A stretch of DNA of 64,000 nucleotides from Laetmonice hystrix. Taxonomy: Eukaryota. The position numbers were made by a program, and so were the translations under genes. Numbering within the stretch: the first letter of the stretch is position 1; each line of letters opens with the position of its first letter. The DNA lies in the NCBI GenBank assembly GCA_965235115.1, contig OZ249446.1, positions 12,090,001-12,154,000 of the forward strand, written 5' to 3'. Positions 61,247-64,000 of this stretch are shown piece by piece. The notes under the pieces are model-generated. The model had not been told where the DNA came from and searched no databases. It was given only the letters and a program-made list of their open reading frames with translations.

Positions 61247-63802
61247 CCATGGCTTGGTCTAACAAACTCCTACCGACCATGGCTTGGTTTAACAAACTCC
61301 TGCCAACCATGGCTTGGTCTAACAAACTCCTGCCGACCATGGCTTGGTCTAACAAACTCCTGCCGACCATGGCTTGGTCTGACAAACTCCTGCCGACCAT
61401 GGATTGGTCTGACGGTCTGACAAACTCCCGCCGACAATGGCTTGGACTAACAAACTCCTGCCGACCATGGCTTGGTCTAACCAACTCCTGCCGACCATGG
61501 CTTGGTCTGACAAACTCCTGCCGACCCTGGCTTGGTCTAACAAACTCCTGCCGACCATGGCTCGGTCTAACAAACTCCTGCCGACCATGGCTTGGTCTAA
61601 CCAACTCCTGCCGACCATGGCTGGGTCTGACAAACTCCTGCCGACCATGGCTTGGTCTAACAAACTCCTGCCGACCATGGCTTGGGCTAACAAACTCCTG
61701 CCGACCATGGATTGGTCTAACCAACTCCTGCCGACCATGGCTGGGTCTGACAAACTCCTGCCGACCATGGCTTGGTCTAACAAACTCCTGCCGACCATGG
61801 CTGGGTCTGACAAACTCCTGCCGACCATGGCTTGGTCTAACAAACTCCTGCCGACCATGGCTTGGTCTAACAAACTCCTGCCGACCATGGATTGGTCTAA
61901 CCAACTCCTGCCGACCATGGCTGGGTCTGACAAACTCCTGCCGACCATGGCTTGGTCTAACAAACTCCTGCCGACCATGGCTGGGTCTGACAAACTCCTG
62001 CCGACCATGGCTTGGTCTAACAAACTCCTGCCGACCATGGCTTGGTCTAACAAACTCCTGCCGACCATGGCTTGGTCTAACCAACTCCTGCCGACCATGG
62101 CTTGGTCTAACCAACTCCTGCCGACCATGGCTGGGTCTGACAAACTCCTGCCGACCATGGCTTGGTCTAACAAACTCCTGCCGACCATGGATTGGTCTGA
62201 CAAACTTTCGCCGACCATGGCTTGGTCTGACAAACTCCCGCCGACCATGACTTGGTCTGACAAACTCCCGCCGACCATGGCTTGGTCTGACAAACTCCTG
62301 CCGACCATGGCTTGGTTTAACAAACTTCTGCCGACCATGGATTGGTCTAACAAACTTCTGCCGACCATGGCTTGGTCTGACTAAATCCTGCCGACCATGG
62401 CTTGATCTGACAAACTCCCGCCGACCATGGATTGGTCTGACGGTCTGACAAACTCCCGCCGACAATGGCTTGGCCTGACAAACTCCTGCCGACCATGGCT
62501 TGGTCTAACAAACTCTCGCCGACCATGGCTGGGTCTGACAAACTCCTGCCGACAATGGCTTGGTCTGACAAACTCCCGCCGACCATGGATTGGTCTGACG
62601 GTCTAACAAACTCCCGCCGACCATGGCTTGGTCTAACAAACTCCTGCCGACCATGGCTTGGTCTAACAAACTCCTGCCGACCATGGCTTGGTCTGACAAA
62701 CTCCTGCCGACCATGGATTGGTCTGACGGTCTGACAAACTCCCGCCGACAATGGCTTGGACTAACAAACTCCTGCCGACCATGGCTTGGTCTAACCAACT
62801 CTTGCCGACCATGGCTTGGTCTGACAAACTCCTGCCGACCATGGCTTGGTCTAACAAACTCCTGCCGACCATGGCTTGGTCTAACCAACTCCTGCCGACC
62901 ATGGCTGGGTCTGACAAACTCCTGCCGACCATGGCTTGGTCTAACAAACTCCTGCCGACCATGGCTTGGTCTAACAAACTCCTGCCGACCATGGATTGGT
63001 CTAACCAACTCCTGCCGACCATGGCTGGGTCTGACAAACTCCTGCCGACCATGGCTTGGTCTAACAAACTCCTGCCGACCATGGCTGGGTCTGACAAACT
63101 CCTGCCGACCATGGCTTGGTCTAACAAACTCCTGCCGACCATGGCTTGGTCTAACAAACTCCTGCCGACCATGGATTGGTCTAACCAACTCCTGCCGACC
63201 ATGGCTGGGTCTGACAAACTCCTGCCGACCATGGCTTGGTCTAACAAACTCCTGCCGACCATGGCTGGGTCTGACAAACTCCTGCCGACCATGGCTTGGT
63301 CTAACAAACTCCTGCCGACCATGGCTTGGTCTAACAAACTCCTGCCGACCATGGCTTGGTCTAACCAACTCCTGCCGACCATGGCTTGGTCTAACCAACT
63401 CCTGCCGACCATGGCTGGGTCTGACAAACTCCTGCCGACCATGGCTTGGTCTAACAAACTCCTGCCGACCATGGATTGGTCTGACAAACTTTCGCCGACC
63501 ATGGCTTGGTCTGACAAACTCCCGCCGACCATGACTTGGTCTGACAAACTCCCGCCGACAATGGCTTGGCCTGACAAACTCCTGCCGACCATGGCTTGGT
63601 CTAACAAACTCTCGCCGACCATGGCTGGGTCTGACAAACTCCTGCCGACAATGGCTTGGTCTGACAAACTCCCGCCGACCATGGATTGGTCTGACGGTCT
63701 AACAAACTCCCGCCGACCATGGCTTGGTCTAACAAACTCTCGCCGACCATGGCTGGGTCTGACAAACTCCTGCCAACCATGGCTTGGTCTGACAAACTCC
63801 CG
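61247..63802. repeat. 30-bp minisatellite, ~85 copies, with 180-bp and 1314-bp higher-order structure
   Basis: Unit ccatggcttggtctaacaaactcctgccga; the diagnostic variant cttggactaa occurs at 61441 and 62755. Confidence 0.97.
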
Positions 63803-64000
63803 TCCAGCCGATAGCCTCGGCAGCCGTTCTGATGGAGAATGGCAGGCATCCCACCTCCATATATTGCCGCCTGCTCCTCACTTTATCTGACATCGAGCAT
63901 ATATCACAAATATTTTCTCTTTAAACACAAATCACGGCCATCGGCGTGTAGCGTACATGTGGGCTACTTTATTGTGTGTTGTTTCCCATTGTCTGCTGCA

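Noticed and set aside
61149-63890. 300-440 aa ORFs as annotated protein-coding genes
   Set aside because: Open frames follow automatically from a stop-poor 30-bp unit on both strands; kept only as a hypothesis under findings
1-64000. CRISPR arrays, hammerhead-ribozyme retrozymes, rRNA, snRNA or histone genes
   Set aside because: The tandem arrays have no unique spacers; no CTGANGA...GAAA hammerhead core was seen in any repeat unit; no such RNA gene was recognised by eye

Overview
Animal genomic DNA, not prokaryotic: spliceosomal introns, no CRISPR array, three scaffold N-gaps. The abundance of TAGGCCTA, poly-G MITEs and an intronless SLC35G-type gene suggests a marine invertebrate, possibly an echinoderm (inference). 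Three protein-coding genes are supported. (1) A 6-coding-exon INSIG gene on + (605-3181, ~210 aa) with one U12-type minor-spliceosome intron. (2) An intronless EamA/SLC35G-like transporter on + (14965-16131, 388 aa). (3) A two-exon gene on - (38832-38623 + 32438-32169) that the ORF track splits into two unrelated-looking fragments; it predicts a 159-aa secreted, Arg/Lys-rich single-Ig-domain protein that I cannot assign to a named family. The rest is repeat-rich: a dead Sola transposase with subterminal motif arrays, three Kolobok-type, one Harbinger-type and one or two hAT-type MITEs, a LINE 3' fragment, a tandem array of tRNA-headed SINE-like units, and several mini/microsatellites with higher-order structure. 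Candidate CTCF, E2F, ETS-CRE, CCAAT and YY1 motif clusters are also present. All calls were made by eye; no database search was run.
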